64,000 nucleotides of DNA from a virus. Taxonomy: Duplodnaviria; Caudoviricetes. The stretch is taken from IMG/VR virus record IMGVR_UViG_3300033463_000023, positions 64,001-128,000 of that record; one strand, given 5' to 3'. Positions 1-8,112 of this stretch are shown one piece after another (position 1 is the stretch's first letter; each line of letters starts with the position of its first letter). A program made the position numbers and the translations under genes. The notes beneath the pieces were generated by a model. That model made no database searches. It was not told the origin of the DNA and saw only the letters and a list, made by a program, of their open reading frames with translations.

Positions 1-501
1 GTCAACGAGGTGAAGGCCCTCGCGCTGCCCGCCGTGAAGGAATACCGCATCGGCCAGATCGGCGAGTACGACAGGAGCAGCAACGTGAACTCCTTCAGCC
101 TCGGAGCCGTCAGCATGTGGCTCACCGTCGACGAGAGACAGCGGCTGGCCACGCAGATCAGCGCCAACGAGGCCATAGGCAGGGAGAGCATGAGCAAGTG
201 GTTCGGAGGACATGAGTTCTCCTTCCCCGTCGCGGCATGGAGGCAGATGCTCGTGGCCCTGGAGGTATACGCCGGCGACGCGCTGAACGTCACCGAGAGC
301 CACAAGGCCGCCGTGAACGCCTTGGAAGATACGGACGAGGTCCTCGCCTACGACTTCACGGCCGGCTATCCCGAGAAGCTGGCGTTCCCCTACCCCGGCC
401 CGGAGCCTGAGACCGAAGAGGAACCCGGGGAGCAGGAGGAGGAGCCCGTAGAGGAGCCCGCCGTGGAACCGGGTAACGAACCTAAAGGAGAAGAGTCATG
501 A
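1..501 (+). CDS. Tail-fibre-associated protein, DUF4376-like (5' truncated by window edge)
   Basis: Frame open from base 1; YDRSSNVNSF...LEVYA...HKAAVNAL...YDFTAGYPEKL resembles Bacteroidales phage DUF4376 proteins; acidic Pro/Glu tail. Confidence 0.6.
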   Translation, partial: VNEVKALALPAVKEYRIGQIGEYDRSSNVNSFSLGAVSMWLTVDERQRLATQISANEAIGRESMSKWFGGHEFSFPVAAWRQMLVALEVYAGDALNVTESHKAAVNALEDTDEVLAYDFTAGYPEKLAFPYPGPEPETEEEPGEQEEEPVEEPAVEPGNEPKGEES

Positions 502-770
502 AGAAGAAGCTCATAACAGTCCTTACCGTCGCAGGCGCCCTGTTCAGGGCGAACAAGGGAGCGATGAGTGAGTTCACCATCCTCCTGCTCGTGACGCTCA
601 TTTCCGGACTCCTGTCCGGCAGCGCCCTCTGCGGCGCATGTACGGGAACCGTCGCGAACGCGGGGCTCGGGAAGGTGCTCGACCTCCTCCGCCTCTCGTT
701 CTCGTCCACGCCCCGCCCGGCAGTCCTCGGCATCGCCGTGGGCACGCTGCTGGCGCTGGCGATACTTTAG
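498..770 (+). CDS. Small hydrophobic/membrane protein, 90 aa
   Basis: ATGA overlap with the upstream stop; two to three hydrophobic segments. Confidence 0.6.
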   Translation: MKKKLITVLTVAGALFRANKGAMSEFTILLLVTLISGLLSGSALCGACTGTVANAGLGKVLDLLRLSFSSTPRPAVLGIAVGTLLALAIL

Positions 771-813
771 CCAACACAAAAAACGATTATTAACAACTTA
801 ACTTTTTCAGATT

Positions 814-1230
814 ATGAACACAATTTCTTTTCTAAACGCAATGAAGGAGGTATTCTCCACTCTCGGTGCGAAAACTTCTGACAGCAACTATGGTGTTGCA
901 CTTCTTGACAAGACCTCAGGCGAGCCCAAGGGCCTGATGGGAATGTCCGACCTCGCCTCAGTTCTGGGCGGTGCTATAACAAGATTTGTAGATGCAAATA
1001 CCATACTTTCAAACATTACAGATGATGCTAATGTTTGTTGGGGACGCGGAGTAGATACGCCATCTGATGCTCCCTTTTATGCCGCTGGTGTATGTATGGT
1101 GAAAAAAACACAATATGGGTGCATTCAAGTGGCATTTAAATCTGCAGGTGAATTTGACGGGTTTTATATTAATCAACGTTGGATGACTACCTGGTCTGGC
1201 TGGAAAAAGAGTATTGTGACCAATGTATAA
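814..1230 (+). CDS. Shufflon expression gene: ~50-aa constant N-terminus (814-963) fused to the currently expressed cassette 1 (964-1230), a putative receptor-binding knob
   Basis: Only segment of the array with a start codon behind an AT-rich leader; TTCTGGGCG at 962-970 inside SDLASVLGG; C-terminal half has a knob-like D-x-N...P...Q...R...W-x-x-W pattern. Confidence 0.85.
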   Translation: MNTISFLNAMKEVFSTLGAKTSDSNYGVALLDKTSGEPKGLMGMSDLASVLGGAITRFVDANTILSNITDDANVCWGRGVDTPSDAPFYAAGVCMVKKTQYGCIQVAFKSAGEFDGFYINQRWMTTWSGWKKSIVTNV

Positions 1231-1236
1231 AATGTT

Positions 1237-1497
1237 CTGGGCGGCGTGAGATACAATGGAGTTTCACTTTCAGATTTTAATAACGCAAAACAACAAGGAG
1301 CTTATAAGATTGACACAGGAACCGCCAACTTTCCCACAGGTGCGTACCAATACGGATGTTTAGTAGTTTTTAATGCAAATCCTTTCTTGGTACAAATTTA
1401 TTTTCCTGATACGAATAGATTTGTTTTCGTTAGGACACTTTATAATGGCATTGAATTCAGAACTTGGAAAATGATATCAATGGAGGAACTTACATAA
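1237..1497 (+). CDS. Silent cassette 2, knob-like
   Basis: LGGVRYNGVSLSDFNN...FRTWKMISMEELT*, in frame from core 1235. Confidence 0.85.
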   Translation: MGGVRYNGVSLSDFNNAKQQGAYKIDTGTANFPTGAYQYGCLVVFNANPFLVQIYFPDTNRFVFVRTLYNGIEFRTWKMISMEELT

Positions 1498-1522
1498 AGA
1501 GGAGGGAACTACCCCTCCTCTT
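1497..1522. terminator. Bidirectional intrinsic-terminator-like hairpin; representative of hairpins at 1933-1956, 2241-2265, 3719-3743, 4693-4715, 5261-5291, 5874-5903, 6263-6289, 6850-6871, 7118-7140, 7704-7728, 8089-8109, 8642-8661, 8948-8969, 9444-9464
   Basis: aagaggaggg-aactac-ccctcctctt; GC-rich stems sit at cassette 3' ends, mostly between convergent stop codons. Confidence 0.75.
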
Positions 1523-1574
1523 ATTATGCAAACGTAATATGTTTCCATTCTCCCCATACACCATTTTCGACATT

Positions 1575-1928
1575 CTGGGCGTGCCTTATAATACAACAGA
1601 CTCCGATACCTGGCTTGATACAGGTAAAGCTATACGTATTGCAACAAATTGCGGCAGACTCTGCGCTATGGTAATAACAAGATACTCTTGCTATGTGATG
1701 TTAGTAAGCGTATATGCAGGAACTATTAATACAGGTCAGTCTTTGAAGGCAAAACTCTCTGGAAGCGATCTTGGTTTTTATTATGTAACAAATGGCAGCA
1801 AATGTGATCTGTATATTACATCTTCTACGTCTACTGACTGCGTAGTAGTTCCTTTCTGGAACACACCACAAGGCACATTTGAGTTAACACCAGTTAACGC
1901 TTTGCCGTCAGGTGCTGTAGCATTCTAA
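1575..1928 (+). CDS. Silent cassette 3, non-knob beta-rich type
   Basis: LGVPYNTTDSDTWLDTG...ALPSGAVAF*. Confidence 0.85.
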   Translation: MGVPYNTTDSDTWLDTGKAIRIATNCGRLCAMVITRYSCYVMLVSVYAGTINTGQSLKAKLSGSDLGFYYVTNGSKCDLYITSSTSTDCVVVPFWNTPQGTFELTPVNALPSGAVAF

Positions 1929-1957
1929 AGAAAAAGGGAGGCTAATACCTCCCTTTA

Positions 1958-2236
1958 TTATGTTTGTGTACTAATCCATACGACATTCGCTCTATTTGTG
2001 TCTGACTTTGTAATTGTAATAGATGATGTTGTACATGTTACACCTGTAACACCTGATGCTTCTATTATTTGGGTTACATTTGTTGATCTTGAAAGAGAGT
2101 AAATACCAGGTTGGGAGGTCGAAGAACCTCCAACAGACACAATCAAGAATCCTGAAGCAGTTGATCTCTCTATTGTGATTTCTGAACTTCCAGCAGGAAT
2201 TTCATGCCTTTGATAAGAAAAACCACATACGCCCAG
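1958..2236 (-). CDS. Silent cassette 4, non-knob type
   Basis: LGVCGFSYQRHEIPAGSSEITIERS...VVWISTQT*, from core 2230-2236. Confidence 0.85.
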   Translation of the reverse strand: MGVCGFSYQRHEIPAGSSEITIERSTASGFLIVSVGGSSTSQPGIYSLSRSTNVTQIIEASGVTGVTCTTSSITITKSDTNRANVVWISTQT

Positions 2237-2266
2237 TAGTAAAGGGAGGCTAATAACCTCCCTTTG

Positions 2267-2557
2267 TTATAATTCCTTCCATGATGACCACGAAACACTG
2301 CCTGGATTTCCCAAACCGTACCTTCCATAAGGAGTGCTGCTTGATCTGTCAATGACAATCTGATACCTATCGTAAGTAGTGTGTATATAAACAAGCAAAA
2401 AACGAGTTGAGGTTGATATTGAAGAAGGAAGATTGGCAGGAGCAGACGATGGTGCGCACATACTCCAATACAATCCTGTTCCTGTTCCTGCTTCAAAATT
2501 TAAATCAGTTAGATTACCAAAATCGCTGCTCTTAATTTTGGTAAAGAATGCGCCCAG
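2267..2557 (-). CDS. Silent cassette 5, knob-like; currently fused behind cassette 6
   Basis: LGAFFTKIKSSDFGNLTDLN...SWSSWKEL*. Confidence 0.85.
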   Translation of the reverse strand: MGAFFTKIKSSDFGNLTDLNFEAGTGTGLYWSMCAPSSAPANLPSSISTSTRFLLVYIHTTYDRYQIVIDRSSSTPYGRYGLGNPGSVSWSSWKEL

Positions 2558-2824
2558 AAGGCTTGCGAGGTCACTTGCTGTGGAGCAATTAAAGCTGTTA
2601 CAGTTACCCCAATCAGACCAGCTTGTACCACTAAAGGTTCTTTGGATAGACCGAGCTAAGGTCGGCTGATAGACGGTCTGCACATATCTACCTCCTGATA
2701 CACCAACTACATCAATTGTCCCCGTATGTCCTCCGGGGAGCAAGTCTGATGAGCAAGTGTATCTTCCTGGTGTCTTCAAATCATCAATCGAATTTCCGCT
2801 GTATGTGGTTACTGCTCCGCCCAG
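2558..2824 (-). CDS. Silent cassette 6, knob-like 'extender' with no stop codon
   Basis: LGGAVTTYSGNSIDDLKTPGRY...WSDWGNCNSFNCSTASDLASL reads straight into the next core at 2551-2559. Confidence 0.85.
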
Positions 2825-2851
2825 AACCAACTTTTATAGCGGTTCTGGGCG
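2818..2851. repeat. Back-to-back recombination sites, spacer family A
   Basis: CGCCCAGAA-ccaacttttatagcgg-TTCTGGGCG; exact reverse complement at 3391-3424. Confidence 0.95.
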
Positions 2852-3099
2852 TACCAACCAAGTTTGCAAAAGGCGCACTACAAGTATCTGCAGACAATAT
2901 TAACGAAGACGGGGCATGGTTTGTGTATGGCACCAGTGGGTTGAACACGCCTACAAACTACGGAATCCTCGTGTGTCGGAAGTCCGCGACCGCAAATTAT
3001 GGATATACCGGGGTACAGGTATTTTATCCTACGACAGGACAACTTTCTCACAGGATACAGACGTCAGGTAGCGAATGGGGCAGTTGGCAAAACGGGTAA
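2845..3099 (+). CDS. Silent cassette 7, knob-like
   Basis: LGVPTKFAKG...SEWGSWQNG*. Confidence 0.85.
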   Translation: MGVPTKFAKGALQVSADNINEDGAWFVYGTSGLNTPTNYGILVCRKSATANYGYTGVQVFYPTTGQLSHRIQTSGSEWGSWQNG

Positions 3100-3136
3100 G
3101 ATAATAAAGGGTGGTACTTAATCCGTCCTCTGTTGC

Positions 3137-3397
3137 CTAAACAGCGATGCCTTCAAATTTTGTCCAACTCCCCCATGAAGATTGTGTCCTAACCCTACAA
3201 TGAATGTACTGTACGACACCACAATGGAACACCACCTGGAGTCTGTTATAATAAGAGGTGCCAAGTTGTAGCGTGACAATTAATGCGTATGCGTCTGGAC
3301 CGCCATGAGCATTGCCCGTAGTTAATGTCATGGTGTTGCCTTCAAGATCATCCAGGGAGGTGTTTTCTTCCATGCTAACGGGTCTCAGGCCGCCCAG
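3137..3397 (-). CDS. Silent cassette 8, knob-like
   Basis: LGGLRPVSMEENTSLDDL...SWGSWTKFEGIAV*. Confidence 0.85.
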   Translation of the reverse strand: MGGLRPVSMEENTSLDDLEGNTMTLTTGNAHGGPDAYALIVTLQLGTSYYNRLQVVFHCGVVQYIHCRVRTQSSWGSWTKFEGIAV

Positions 3398-3424
3398 AAC
3401 CGCTATAAAAGTTGGTTCTGGGCG
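3391..3424. repeat. Back-to-back recombination sites, spacer family A (inverted copy)
   Basis: CGCCCAGAA-ccgctataaaagttgg-TTCTGGGCG. Confidence 0.95.
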
Positions 3425-3717
3425 CACAAGCCACCAAGCCAGTCAATATCGATACGATTAGAGAGGGTGTTTCCTTCTTGGTTATCTCCCGGCCGTTTTT
3501 GAGTGGGTATGAAGGAACTTTTCCTTCTGACATGCAGGCTGGAGGCTATGCGTCTTCTGTGTTCTTGATCAGCGCTGTTTTTATTCAAAACTCCAACGAT
3601 AAAATTGGCGTACAACTGTTGTATAACTGGAATGACGATACTCCAACAGTGCTGAAAAGCTGGTATAGGATATGGGGGTACAATAGTAGGACGTGGAAAT
3701 CATGGAATAGCATTTAA
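3418..3717 (+). CDS. Silent cassette 9, knob-like
   Basis: LGAQATKPVNIDTIREG...RTWKSWNSI*. Confidence 0.85.
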   Translation: MGAQATKPVNIDTIREGVSFLVISRPFLSGYEGTFPSDMQAGGYASSVFLISAVFIQNSNDKIGVQLLYNWNDDTPTVLKSWYRIWGYNSRTWKSWNSI

Positions 3718-3742
3718 GGAGGCGGGCTCTGACCCGCCCCTC

Positions 3743-4102
3743 TTAACTGTATGGCGTCACGCTTAATTGAGTTGCGCCACTTGGCAACGACGCAGGGCTA
3801 AAGGCTTTTGCACCAATAGCAATTAACGACACGCTCATGCCCGTTACAGACTTTATGTATACCGATTTTCCGTCCATGTATATTTCAATATAACGGTTTA
3901 CGCCAGATTCAACTACGCCATTTTTCCCCTTGGCTGATACCGTTCCGCCATTCCCGTATATCGTAAAGTCTATCGTGCCGCGGCTGTCTTTATAGTCTGA
4001 GCCGATTATCCTGATACATTCGTACAGGTCACATGTTCCAAGATAGTATACCGCATTGTTGCTTAGTCCGTATGCGTTATAAACCCTGCTATTTACGCCC
4101 AG
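3743..4102 (-). CDS. Silent cassette 10, non-knob type
   Basis: LGVNSRVYNAYGLSNNAVYYLG...SLPSGATQLSVTPYS*. Confidence 0.85.
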   Translation of the reverse strand: MGVNSRVYNAYGLSNNAVYYLGTCDLYECIRIIGSDYKDSRGTIDFTIYGNGGTVSAKGKNGVVESGVNRYIEIYMDGKSVYIKSVTGMSVSLIAIGAKAFSPASLPSGATQLSVTPYS

Positions 4103-4129
4103 AATGATATAGTGAAGACATTCTGGGCG
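4096..4129. repeat. Back-to-back recombination sites, spacer family B
   Basis: CGCCCAGAA-tgatatagtgaagaca-TTCTGGGCG. Confidence 0.95.
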
Positions 4130-4401
4130 GTATTGACGATATATACAAAGGGTCTTTTGCTGTAAACGACACGGTTTCCATAGCACTAAGAGAAGGCTGT
4201 GGGGTATTCTGTTATCGGTTTAAAGGACAGAGCTCCGGCATAATCGCTGTTAGAGGCACGGATATCAAATATTTCACATATACCGATTATGAGGAAGCTC
4301 CTTTAGGGGCAAGACTGAGAGCTGGATCAGATGGTAGCACATTGACCATCACATGTACTCAAGCATGGAATAATCCGTTCCATCTAAAGAGACTGATTTG
4401 A
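4123..4401 (+). CDS. Silent cassette 11, non-knob type (not in ORF track)
   Basis: Manual translation LGGIDDIYKGSFAVNDTVSIALREG...QAWNNPFHLKRLI*. Confidence 0.8.
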   Translation: MGGIDDIYKGSFAVNDTVSIALREGCGVFCYRFKGQSSGIIAVRGTDIKYFTYTDYEEAPLGARLRAGSDGSTLTITCTQAWNNPFHLKRLI

Positions 4402-4405
4402 ATTT

Positions 4406-4689
4406 CTGGGCGATACAGGTCCGGCGATAACGACAGGATCGTGTAACGATATAGTCAAAGCTGGAGTCTACAGACTTCAACCAACTGTTAGCGACACCCC
4501 TTTCGCTTATACTACGTTGTTCGTATTAACGCGCTTGGGTGGTGCTGTCCATCAAATCGGCCTTGATGCTGACAATAGTTATGTGGCATACAGGGTCGGT
4601 GAAAATAATGTGTGGAAAAACTGGTCACGCTGCGACAACTTCGGCTGAGCACGCTTGCCGAGATGAAGGCGGCACTGGCTAATGTATAG
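4406..4689 (+). CDS. Silent cassette 12, knob-like; stops early at TGA 4646-4648 because of an apparent 1-nt deletion (not in ORF track)
   Basis: LGDTGPAITTGSCNDIVKAGVY...WKNWSRCDNFG*, then STLAEMKAALANV* in a shifted frame, matching the cassette 15 tail DNFGCSTLAELKTALANA. Confidence 0.8.
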
Positions 4690-4719
4690 TGAGGTGGGAG
4701 CAACAAACTCCCACCCATA

Positions 4720-5004
4720 TTACTCTATCGGAATATAGTAAACGGTAACCGTCGTTCCTGAATCAGCATTATTGATAGTCCATGTTCCCTGATTGTTTGT
4801 CGAAGGCGTCAAGTCTCCCACAATCTTTTCGTTTACATGGAATGTTACATTGCCAGAGCCGAGTCCTGTTGTTATGACAAAATAAACGCCACACTTCTTG
4901 AAGTCACTTTGAAACGCCACAATAAATCCGTGTGCGGTACTGTTTTTGAAAGCGGTGGCACCTATTCCTTTATTTATAACCTTCAGTCTATTATCTACGC
5001 CCAG
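4720..5004 (-). CDS. Silent cassette 13, non-knob type
   Basis: LGVDNRLKVINKGIGATAF...TVTVYYIPIE*. Confidence 0.8.
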   Translation of the reverse strand: MGVDNRLKVINKGIGATAFKNSTAHGFIVAFQSDFKKCGVYFVITTGLGSGNVTFHVNEKIVGDLTPSTNNQGTWTINNADSGTTVTVYYIPIE

Positions 5005-5020
5005 TTGTGATTTCTGGGCG
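4998..5020. repeat. Shortened back-to-back site pair (23 bp)
   Basis: CGCCCAG-ttgtgat-TTCTGGGCG. Confidence 0.9.
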
Positions 5021-5259
5021 TATCAAGAATAACTCCGTCAGATTTAAACACTGAGAGTTTCTTCGGAGTATTTAAAACCGACGGACAAACACAGAACAAT
5101 CCCGCTGATGGATCTGCAATGGTGGGCGTACAATTTAGGGGAGAGCCTCTTAGTACCGTCCAAATGCTTTTCCGTAGTGCCTATGGTGAAATATACTATA
5201 GGTCTGGTGTCCCTAACGGCCAATGGTATAAGTTTGTAGGAACGCCTGTTCAGGTATAA
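5014..5259 (+). CDS. Silent cassette 14, knob-like (not in ORF track)
   Basis: LGVSRITPSDLNTESFFGVF...GQWYKFVGTPVQV*. Confidence 0.8.
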   Translation: MGVSRITPSDLNTESFFGVFKTDGQTQNNPADGSAMVGVQFRGEPLSTVQMLFRSAYGEIYYRSGVPNGQWYKFVGTPVQV

Positions 5260-5292
5260 TACAATCGGGAGGCGACAGGTCTCCCGATTGTT

Positions 5293-5607
5293 CTACGCAT
5301 TAGCCAGTGCTGTCTTCAATTCAGCAAGTGTGCTGCAACCGAAGTTATCTACCCGTACCCAAACTGACCAGGTTCCGTCGTGTTTTGTTCGATGGTATAT
5401 TTGACCATTTCCTCTGTAATAAGCAGTTTGTGAAACCTCATCAGATGACGATTCGTCACTGGAATTTAATGATTTGACGGTTAAAATACAAAGAGATGGT
5501 TCTGGTATGTTTTGTGAATAACCTGATAATGTATAAGTTCCCGCTATCGTTAATGTATTAGCATCTAAAACTGATGTAGATACATTTCTTACGCCATCTG
5601 CGCCCAG
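5293..5607 (-). CDS. Silent cassette 15, knob-like with C-terminal helix
   Basis: LGADGVRNVSTSVLDANTL...WSVWVRVDNFGCSTLAELKTALANA*. Confidence 0.85.
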   Translation of the reverse strand: MGADGVRNVSTSVLDANTLTIAGTYTLSGYSQNIPEPSLCILTVKSLNSSDESSSDEVSQTAYYRGNGQIYHRTKHDGTWSVWVRVDNFGCSTLAELKTALANA

Positions 5608-5636
5608 AAGTTCAGTTGTGTGTAATCTTCTGGGCG
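5601..5636. repeat. Back-to-back recombination sites, spacer family D
   Basis: CGCCCAGAA-gttcagttgtgtgtaatc-TTCTGGGCG; identical at 7390-7425; inverted with one mismatch at 6557-6592. Confidence 0.95.
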
Positions 5637-5875
5637 GCGTGCCGTCAATGCACACTGCGGATTCTTCTATTGATGCGAACACCTTAGCTGTGCCCGGGTT
5701 TTATCAATCCACTGTTTTTACTAATACACCTATTGCCGTTGGCATTTTGCTTATGCCGTACTATGCAAACGGTTGGTGGAGGTTCCAGTTGTTTATAGAC
5801 CGCTCCGAAGGCCACATGTGGTTTAGGTGTGGCACTTCCAGTTCTTTTGATGCGACCTGGAAACAGATAGTATAA
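5630..5875 (+). CDS. Silent cassette 16, knob-like
   Basis: LGGVPSMHTADSSIDANTLAVPGFY...ATWKQIV*. Confidence 0.85.
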   Translation: MGGVPSMHTADSSIDANTLAVPGFYQSTVFTNTPIAVGILLMPYYANGWWRFQLFIDRSEGHMWFRCGTSSSFDATWKQIV

Positions 5876-5901
5876 TATGGATAGGCAAAAACCTATCCAT
5901 A

Positions 5902-6156
5902 TTATACCGTCTTCCATGTTGCCGTTTCTCTGTGTCTCCAATATATTCCAGTGCTTTCCAGATCAAGAACGATGGTGATTATGCCGTTAGTAAGGAATTT
6001 GATTCTTCTTATGTAAACAGAGTTGCTGTCGGAGATGGTTTCAGGCAAACCTTCACACCTTACTGCATATTGGAAAACATAATCACCTAACGGCAAGTCG
6101 TCGAGTGCAAAACTTTTGTCGTTTGCCGTGATTTGTTTTACATAAGCTACGCCCAG
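5902..6156 (-). CDS. Silent cassette 17, knob-like
   Basis: LGVAYVKQITANDKSFALDDLPLGDY...ATWKTV*; variant site TCCTGGGCG. Confidence 0.8.
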   Translation of the reverse strand: MGVAYVKQITANDKSFALDDLPLGDYVFQYAVRCEGLPETISDSNSVYIRRIKFLTNGIITIVLDLESTGIYWRHRETATWKTV

Positions 6157-6290
6157 GACAACACATGTAATATATGAAAGAGTAAAATGGTCAACATCTG
6201 TAAGCGCGTGGATAGCGTACCAACCACAAACGTAAGAAGGAAAATGTGGCGGAATTAGGCTAAAGAGGAGGGAGCGACTCCCTCCTCTTG

Positions 6291-6563
6291 TCATACCTCA
6301 CCCCACGATCCCCATTCTGTTTCAGACCACCTGGAACGTTTCCACAGCTTTGAGTTCCCTTTTGAGAGACATATCTGGAACCTGACATATTCCGATCGAG
6401 CGACAGAAAGCAGAAGAACCTCATTATTGTTGTCTGGGAAATTTAATGATGCTGGTGTTGCGTCCCTTGCAATAACGTCATGTACACTAAGGCCGTCGTT
6501 TATATTGTTGAGATTCGTGTCCACCTCATATTGAATGCCTTTTATTGCAAGCAATGCGCCCAG
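6291..6563 (-). CDS. Silent cassette 18, knob-like
   Basis: LGALLAIKGIQYEVDTNLNN...EWGSWGEV*. Confidence 0.85.
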   Translation of the reverse strand: MGALLAIKGIQYEVDTNLNNINDGLSVHDVIARDATPASLNFPDNNNEVLLLSVARSEYVRFQICLSKGNSKLWKRSRWSETEWGSWGEV

Positions 6564-6592
6564 AAGATTACACACAACTGAATTTCTGGGCG
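6557..6592. repeat. Back-to-back recombination sites, spacer family D (inverted copy)
   Basis: CGCCCAGAA-gattacacacaactgaat-TTCTGGGCG. Confidence 0.95.
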
Positions 6593-6843
6593 TTATTCGT
6601 TATACAACCTTAATTCCGGCTGGAAGTGATTGCAACGACTTCAAACAGAGTGGCTTATATAATACAGCGGCAAACCTTCAAAATGCGGCATATGCTGGAG
6701 GTCATATTCTTTTCGTTATGAGAGCAGGAGAATATGTCGCACAAATAGCCTTTGATCCAACTGAAGGTAAAGCAAAGCTGAGAACTATAATAGATCGGGC
6801 CGGTTCCACGTATACATGGGTAAACTGGCAAATTATTGTATAA
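6586..6843 (+). CDS. Silent cassette 19, knob-like
   Basis: LGVIRYTTLIPAGSDCNDFKQSGLY...WVNWQIIV*. Confidence 0.85.
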   Translation: MGVIRYTTLIPAGSDCNDFKQSGLYNTAANLQNAAYAGGHILFVMRAGEYVAQIAFDPTEGKAKLRTIIDRAGSTYTWVNWQIIV

Positions 6844-6875
6844 ATACAAGCGGGAGCTGCATGGCTCCCGCCTCT

Positions 6876-7118
6876 CTGGGCGGCATAAGGTTGTCCGATA
6901 GTGCAATTGCGAATTACGCAGACATGACAATGTCTGGCTTATATGTGAGAAATCCAAATACACCTCTCTCCGGCTCAGACATTAATATTGGGTGGGATGG
7001 TACATACCTTTTTATTGCCCATCTCAAATTTGGTACTATGGGCTGCTTAGATATTGCTACAGTATACAACCATACCAAATATTGGATTGGTTTTAGCAAC
7101 GACTGGAGAGAATTATAA
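6876..7118 (+). CDS. Silent cassette 20
   Basis: LGGIRLSDSAIANYADMTMSGLY...NDWREL*; variant site CTCTGGGCG. Confidence 0.8.
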   Translation: MGGIRLSDSAIANYADMTMSGLYVRNPNTPLSGSDINIGWDGTYLFIAHLKFGTMGCLDIATVYNHTKYWIGFSNDWREL

Positions 7119-7138
7119 AAGGGAGGGTTTACCTCCCT

Positions 7139-7396
7139 TTAGATATTGGTCATTGTACATTTCTTCCAGGCAGACCAAGAAGCACTGCTGCCTCCTTTGT
7201 ATCTATGTCCAATTATATTCTCAGCGTTGCACGAGAAGAAGACTTGACAGGACATGGAAGATCTTATCATTACGAATACGATGCCAGGGCAGCTAAACGG
7301 ACTGTTAGAACTGTCTATTCTATAAGTTCCGGAGCCGACGGTGTTAAGAGTTTCTGCCGTCAGATCCGCAGAGCCTACATAAGCACCAACGCCCAG
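7139..7396 (-). CDS. Silent cassette 21, knob-like
   Basis: LGVGAYVGSADLTAETLNTVGSGTY...WSAWKKCTMTNI*. Confidence 0.85.
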   Translation of the reverse strand: MGVGAYVGSADLTAETLNTVGSGTYRIDSSNSPFSCPGIVFVMIRSSMSCQVFFSCNAENIIGHRYKGGSSASWSAWKKCTMTNI

Positions 7397-7425
7397 AAGT
7401 TCAGTTGTGTGTAATCTTCTGGGCG
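7390..7425. repeat. Back-to-back recombination sites, spacer family D
   Basis: Identical to 5601-5636. Confidence 0.95.
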
Positions 7426-7673
7426 CGGTTGTCATAATTGGCACGTTTTCAGATGCAAGCGAATTGGAGAGTCACCCAGTATGTGCGGGACGGGCGTCTG
7501 GATCTGCTACAGGAGTCCCGGAGCAGAATAGTTTTTATCTAAGCATAAAGATAAATGGAGATTACATTTTTCAGATTGGTGTAGGCAAAGAGTCCAACTT
7601 TATATATGTGAGGACAAAGTTCTACGGAGGATGGAGGAACTGGTGGAAAGCTGCGACAACCAAAATTGAATGA
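7419..7673 (+). CDS. Silent cassette 22, knob-like
   Basis: LGAVVIIGTFSDASEL...GGWRNWWKAATTKIE*. Confidence 0.85.
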   Translation: MGAVVIIGTFSDASELESHPVCAGRASGSATGVPEQNSFYLSIKINGDYIFQIGVGKESNFIYVRTKFYGGWRNWWKAATTKIE

Positions 7674-7733
7674 TAGCATTATAACCATTCATTGCACAAT
7701 GAAAGAGACGGGTTGTTACCCCGTCTCTATTTG

Positions 7734-8084
7734 TTAAAGCAATGTATATGATACGTTGCCGTACCTTTGGATTTCAGACACCATAAGAGCGCCAAACGAG
7801 TTGCCTCCAACGGCAGTACACGTTACCTTCACATCTCCGTCGCTGTTGTCTGACGATGGTGTAAATTCTATATTGATATAATCCGTTTTCACAACAACCT
7901 GTCCATTGAGCAGCGAATCCCTGTGTGCAAGGTTGATAATTGCGCATGCTTGCAAATTAAAGAAATTCCTTGTCACGCAAAGAACGGCGTTTCCCTGCAT
8001 GGGAAGATTTACATTAAATTCGATAACCACAGGATTGCTGGTACCGGAGCTTTTAAAGGCGTATACCACATATTGTGCGCCCAG
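7734..8084 (-). CDS. Silent cassette 23, non-knob type
   Basis: LGAQYVVYAFKSSGTSNPVVIEFN...GNVSYTLL*. Confidence 0.85.
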   Translation of the reverse strand: MGAQYVVYAFKSSGTSNPVVIEFNVNLPMQGNAVLCVTRNFFNLQACAIINLAHRDSLLNGQVVVKTDYINIEFTPSSDNSDGDVKVTCTAVGGNSFGALMVSEIQRYGNVSYTLL

Positions 8085-8112
8085 AAAAGAGGTGGGTTAA
8101 TCCCACCTCCTA

